A model generated the notes under the pieces. It was not told where the DNA came from and did not search any database. It saw nothing but the letters and a program-made list of their open reading frames with translations. A DNA stretch of 64,000 nucleotides. It comes from an uncultured Methanosarcinaceae archaeon (GTDB lineage Archaea > Halobacteriota > Methanosarcinia > Methanosarcinales > Methanosarcinaceae). The DNA lies in NCBI GenBank assembly GCA_963833425.1, contig CAWHXP010000011.1:32001-96000 (forward strand), given 5' to 3'. Positions 58,883 through 64,000 of the stretch are shown piece by piece (the first letter of the stretch is position 1; each line of letters starts with the position of its first letter). Both the position numbers and the translations under genes were made by a program.

Positions 58883-59831
58883 TTGAATAAAATGTGGTTT
58901 TTACATATGTTTTCAAATAATAGAGATGCTGTAATCGTACCGTTAGATATTCCAAAAGCAATGCGTGAAATATACGTTAAAAATTACATAGAGATTACAA
59001 AGAATAGCGGTAGGCTCATGCTGTTTGCAGGCGATCAGAAAGTAGAACATTTGAACGATGACTTTTATGGAGAAGGAGTGCCTGAAGAAGATGCTGATCC
59101 AGAACACCTTTTTAAGATAGCATCCCAGGCGAAAATAGGAGTTTTTGCAACTCAGCTAGGGCTAATTGCACGCTATGGTATGAATTACAAAGACGTGCCA
59201 TATCTCGTAAAAATAAATTCAAAGTCTAATCTTGTAGAGACGTCTCAGGCAGATCCTTTTAGCAACTCTCTGGTACGATGTAAACCAACTGGTTGAATTT
59301 AAAGAAAACAGTGAGCTCAATATCCTTGGAGTAGGTTATACTATTTACCTTGGCAGTGAGTTCGAAGCCGAGATGTTTGCGCAGGCTGCCCAGGTAATTT
59401 ACGATGCTCACCAGCTTGGGATGGTTTCAGTACTCTGGATCTATCCACGCGGCACTGCCGTAAAAGATGAAAAGGACCCGCACCTGATCGCGGGGGCAAC
59501 AGGAGTTGGAGCCTGTCTTGGAACGGACTTTGTAAAAGTCAATTACCCAACAAATAAAGGAGCACGATCTGCCGAAATTTTCAAGGAAGCTATCATGGCA
59601 GCTGGACGTACCAAAGTCATTTGTGCGGGTGGTACCAGCGATGAACCTGAGACTTTCCTGAGAAAGCTTCATGATCAAATACATATATCTGGAGCTATGG
59701 GAAATGCAACAGGAAGAAACATTCACCAGAAAACTCTTGACGAAGCTGTACGCATGTGCAATGCTGTCTATGCCATAACCGTTGAAGACGCAAGCTTCGA
59801 AGAAGCCCTTAAGATCTATAAGGAGAAATAG
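58883..59831 (+). CDS. fba: Class I fructose-bisphosphate aldolase (DhnA type), apparent frameshift near 59267
   Basis: LFAGDQKVEH, YLVKINSK, LWIYPRG, DFVKVNYP, GNATGRNIHQ; upstream of pyk. Confidence 0.85.
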
Positions 59832-59987
59832 AGAGGCTGCAAAGTATATGGAAACAATGCGCAAACTGGTGAAGTGTAATATGGTAACTAAGATGCTTAT
59901 TTCCGGAGTCCTTATTAAGAAGAAAAATTTAATTTAGAAATTCAAAATGGCATAGATTAAAGGTTAAACTTTAAAGGCCGTGTAAAT

Positions 59988-61420
59988 ATGCAAATCCCAG
60001 ACCATAAGACAAAGATAGTTTGCACAATAGGCCCAGCTTCATCTTCCGAGAAAATAATCAGGGAACTTGTGCTTGCAGGCATGAATGTGGCAAGGATCAA
60101 TTTTTCTCATGGGGACTTCGAAAGCCATAAAGAGGTAATTCAGAGAGTCCGTAAAGTCGCCAAAGATCTTGACAGAATAGTTGCAATTCTTGCCGATCTA
60201 CCCGGCCCAAAGATCCGTATAGGCAAACTGGAAAAAGAACCGCTCATGCTTCACAAAGGAAACTTTGTGACCCTTACAGTTGACGAGTCTTTTGTAAATT
60301 CGGAGCGTATTCCTGTAAGCTATAACAACTTCCTGAAAGTGTAGCTCCTGGAAATCTTATTTACTTAAATGATGGATTTATCCAGCTACGTTGTCTTGAA
60401 ATCTTGGGAAAAGACGTTCTTTGCGAGGTTCTAATTGGAGGGCAGCTTTATTCTCATAAAGGGCTGAATCTTCCAGGAGCAAAGATTTTTCTTGATCCTG
60501 TAACGGAAAAAGATTTAAAAATTCTTGAGTTTGGCTTGAACGAAGAAATTGACACTTTCAGTATTTCTTTTATAGAAGATGCCAGAGATATCAATAAAGT
60601 CCGAAGTTTTGCTGCAGAAAGAGGTAAATCTGTATATATTGTTGCTAAAATAGAGCGCAGACGAGCTGTAGATAATATTGAGGAAATTCTTGCGAAAACC
60701 GATGCTCTTATGATTGCCAGAGGAGATTTGGGCGTTGAAATTCCCATTCAGGAAATCCCATCAGTCCAAAAAGAACTTATCCAGAGTGCTAAGCTTCTTG
60801 GAATTCCTGTAATTACAGCCACTCAAATGCTGGCTTCAATGAGTGATAACGTGAGACCTACACGAGCAGAGGTGACTGATGTCGCCAATGCAATCCTTGA
60901 TGGGACGGATGCTGTCATGCTTTCGGAAGAAACAGCTGTTGGCAACTATCCTGTAGAAGCAGTTGAAATGATGGGGAAAATTGCGAAAACCACCGAAAAC
61001 TGGCGCTCTCGGACAAAATGGGGTCTTGACACAATGATCAAGGGTATTACAGCCAGGGAAATGTCAGTGGATGAGGTAATAACTCTTCAGGTTCATGAAG
61101 CTCTTCAGAAACTTCCGGTTGCAGCCGTTTTAACCCCTACCAGAAGTGGAGCAACTCCTCGCAGGATTTCCCGCTTCAAGCCTGAAATCTGGATCCTCGC
61201 ATTCAGTCGTTTCCCAGAAACCTGTGGTTTTCTTTCCTTGTCCTATGGCGTTTATCCAATTATTGTGAAAAAAGTAATTGAAAACTGGGAAGTAGAAGCT
61301 ACGAATAGAGCTAAAGAACTGGGATTTGCAAACAGTGGGAATATCGTAGTTTTTACCCAGGGTCCTTCTTCAGGAAGTCCTGGAGGTACAAACATGCTTA
61401 AGATACTTTCTCTTGACTAA
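59988..61420 (+). CDS. pyk: Pyruvate kinase, apparent frameshift near 60325
   Basis: KTKIVCTIGPAS, ARINFSHG, DLPGPKIR, IARGDLGVE, ATQML, DAVMLSEETAVG. Confidence 0.93.
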
Positions 61421-61577
61421 AATCAAACGCAGCCTAAATTAAAAATCATAAACTCCAGTTTATAAAGCTTATCCTTGTTTGGTATTTGTATCCAGTAGAT
61501 TAAGCGGGATATAAAACCTTCAATGTTATGTATTTAGGTATCAAAAGCGTGTTTTCTACTTCAGAAAAATCAATATT

Positions 61578-62498
61578 ATGTATGAGGTTTCATTGATGAA
61601 AAGAAAGGAATCTGCAACAAAAAATAAGAAATATCTAGCTATTCTCTTGGTTGTTATAATGTTTTTCTCAGTCTTTGTTATATTTTTTGCTAATAGCTTG
61701 AAAACAGGTAACAAAAGTGACCTTTCCACTCAAGCAGTTGAAAATAAAAATCCTACAGTCACCTTTTCCCAAATCCCAGGTAAACATATACATCATCAGT
61801 TTGATTCTATTGTTGATGGATTGAATATGTCTCCCGAGGGGGTAATGAATGCAATTTATATTGACCTCCAAAAATCAAAAAGAACTCCTTTAGGGGATAT
61901 TTTTAATAATAAAGGTTTAAATGATTTTTATGGTGCAGATGTTACAAGATGCTATCGTGCAAATTACGCTAACGGAAGTGGGTTCGAATTGAACCAGATT
62001 CCAGAGCAGAAGATCCTGATGCCCTGGGGTGCAGTTCCGTATCGTGGATATAATTTTCTTATGAAGACAAACAACACCTACAATCTGTTGAGTGTAGTTG
62101 GAGACCCTGTGCTCAGTGGCTCTCGCCAGAGCGTTAAGGATGTAATCGATATCATAGAGAATAACAAAACATCTACTCGCGAATTTGACCAAATTTTGAG
62201 CCGGGTAGAACCTGAGGATGTAATCATCGAGGAAATAGCTACAAAAAACAATGTTACGAACATTCCGGCAGAACAGTATTATATGGATCTCAAAAAATTG
62301 GATAACGGTAGTTATATGCAGACGCTTATGTTCCTCAATCCTGAGCCCAAGGTAACCAAAAATATCGCAGCTCTCAAGGAAAACTCGAGTGAACGTGGAG
62401 TCACTTATAATGTAACTAACTCAGGGAACATTATTACACTGACGATGAGCTCGGATTTTAAAGGCTTGTACAATGAAAAAAAGTTGCTTTCATTGTAA
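61578..62498 (+). CDS. Membrane-anchored hypothetical protein
   Basis: 306-aa ORF, single N-terminal TM after a basic stretch. Confidence 0.75.
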   Translation: MYEVSLMKRKESATKNKKYLAILLVVIMFFSVFVIFFANSLKTGNKSDLSTQAVENKNPTVTFSQIPGKHIHHQFDSIVDGLNMSPEGVMNAIYIDLQKSKRTPLGDIFNNKGLNDFYGADVTRCYRANYANGSGFELNQIPEQKILMPWGAVPYRGYNFLMKTNNTYNLLSVVGDPVLSGSRQSVKDVIDIIENNKTSTREFDQILSRVEPEDVIIEEIATKNNVTNIPAEQYYMDLKKLDNGSYMQTLMFLNPEPKVTKNIAALKENSSERGVTYNVTNSGNIITLTMSSDFKGLYNEKKLLSL

Positions 62499-63619
62499 GT
62501 AGGCGGTTCCTACCCTCTTCATTTTTTTATTTTTTTGTCCGCGACCCAAATTTCACTTTTTTTCATTTTTGTCTTCCATTTTAATAATAAATAGTTGAAG
62601 TCTCCTCGCTTGAAGGACATCACTCAGACAGGTAAGAGATGAAAGCCATCAACTTTTAGGCTCTATTTTTTTTTAAATTTGGGATTTGTTTATAGATATT
62701 ATTCTAAATATATAACTATGTAATCTAAACTGGATAGTTGGAACCATTAAGTATACAAATGCAATTATCATTTGCGCACTGTATAACATCAGGAGAAAGG
62801 TACTTTGTAATCCATTACTTATTGACTTCTTAAAATCAAAAATCTATTACATAAATAAAGCGTCTAAGTTGTGATACTGATTACAGAATGTGAATAAGAT
62901 CATTTCTATCTGATCTCTATTTCGAAAACAAATTTCAACACTCTAACAAGTATCAATAATTAATAAATGATCACGTTTGTATTCAGAGCGCTAAGTTAGT
63001 CATTCTAATGGCGGGATGTAGCCATCAACTTCTGCATTATTCTATTTTCTTAATAAATAGTTTAACTTCGTATTTATCAACTAGTTTTCTTCCCATATAC
63101 ACACCCGTTTGGTTGTATTTTCCTATCGGCTATCTCTTTCCATATATTTGCATCTATTAAATGATAACAATCCGAATTCAAAGTAGTATATCCTATTTAT
63201 CACAAACTATACGTGTATATAAGCATATTTCATATATAATTATATAAATAATTATTATGTTAAAGAAAATATTCTGATGCAAGTTATCGCCATAGCCACT
63301 ATCCAGCCAAAGCTCAAAAAAAATCATATTAAATAATTCGCTAGAGCTTTGCAGGTGGATATATGACGAAACACTAGCTTTAAGAAAGAATTCTTGGGAA
63401 TCAGGAACAAAAGATAGTTAACTATCATGATCCTAAGAAAAGAATCCCGATATGAAAAAACGATAAACTAGAGCTCAAAAACGTTGACTCTAAGTTTCAC
63501 AAGATGTAGTAAAAGGATTAGAATTCTAATCTATTGTTTCTCCCAGTGAACTCTCTGTGAAGTTCAAGTGCTCCATCTATTTCCCTTCTGCACGAATACT
63601 TTCACAAGTCATTAATTTT

Positions 63620-64000
63620 TTAGGTCTGCATTCTAAAACTAGTTATTTCTTCAAGGTAATCATCAATTAACTCGTAGTGACCGCTCTCATATACCGCTAG
63701 CATTTCGAAAAAATTTCTTTCGACATCGTTTATGGCCCATTTAGCCAGTTCCGAATAAAAGTATTCGCTTTTTCTCTCATGTCTCATAGCGGCGAGAAGA
63801 ATACCTGTATCGCCAAGAGTGAGTTCACCACTTCTTGTTAGAGCTGGATTGAACTCTGGGGTGAAAGACTGACCACTATTTACTTTTGTGCTGACTACTG
63901 GAAGTTCTTTTGTGTCACGGTATTTTTCGAGGTAGCTCAAATGCTTTAATTCTTCATTTGCAAGATACTCATAAAGCTCCTTAAACTTCGGATTTTCCAT
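63620..64000 (-). CDS. Ferritin/rubrerythrin-like protein (probably truncated by the window edge)
   Basis: LANEELKH and AMRHERKSEYFY...YESGH ExxH motifs. Confidence 0.8.
   Translation of the reverse strand: MENPKFKELYEYLANEELKHLSYLEKYRDTKELPVVSTKVNSGQSFTPEFNPALTRSGELTLGDTGILLAAMRHERKSEYFYSELAKWAINDVERNFFEMLAVYESGHYELIDDYLEEITSFRMQT

Noticed and set aside
62585..63070. Two short related segments (AATAAATAGTT..., GCCATCAACTT) reminiscent of IS200/IS605 ends
   Set aside because: No transposase or TnpB sequence; boundaries cannot be defined

Overview
AT-rich archaeal chromosomal window, most likely from Methanosarcina. This assignment rests on gene content: rps15/rps17e, dapA-dapB, arfC-CBS-Usp-amidohydrolase, korAB, queD/queE, galT, fba-pyk, a YVTN/PKD surface protein and tRNA-Arg(CCU). 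Housekeeping islands alternate with decayed accessory DNA: IS6, IS5 and IS200/605 remnants, about 90-bp MITEs, an integrase relic and many pseudogenes. Several core genes carry single-base frameshifts that look like sequencing or assembly errors. Main candidates for follow-up: (1) an acyl-carrier-protein operon (ACP, AMP-ligase, PP-loop enzyme, NadE paralog, DUF362 Fe-S protein, acyltransferase; 39227-45029), unusual for an archaeon; (2) a cassette between inverted IS6 copies encoding a calpain-like C2 protease plus a small stand-alone prodomain-like protein, behind a ~50-bp tandem-repeat array (47917-49650); (3) two divergent paralogous structured non-coding elements with a shared promoter and upstream module (10980-12852), a candidate sRNA family; (4) in-frame TAG codons that could be read as pyrrolysine.
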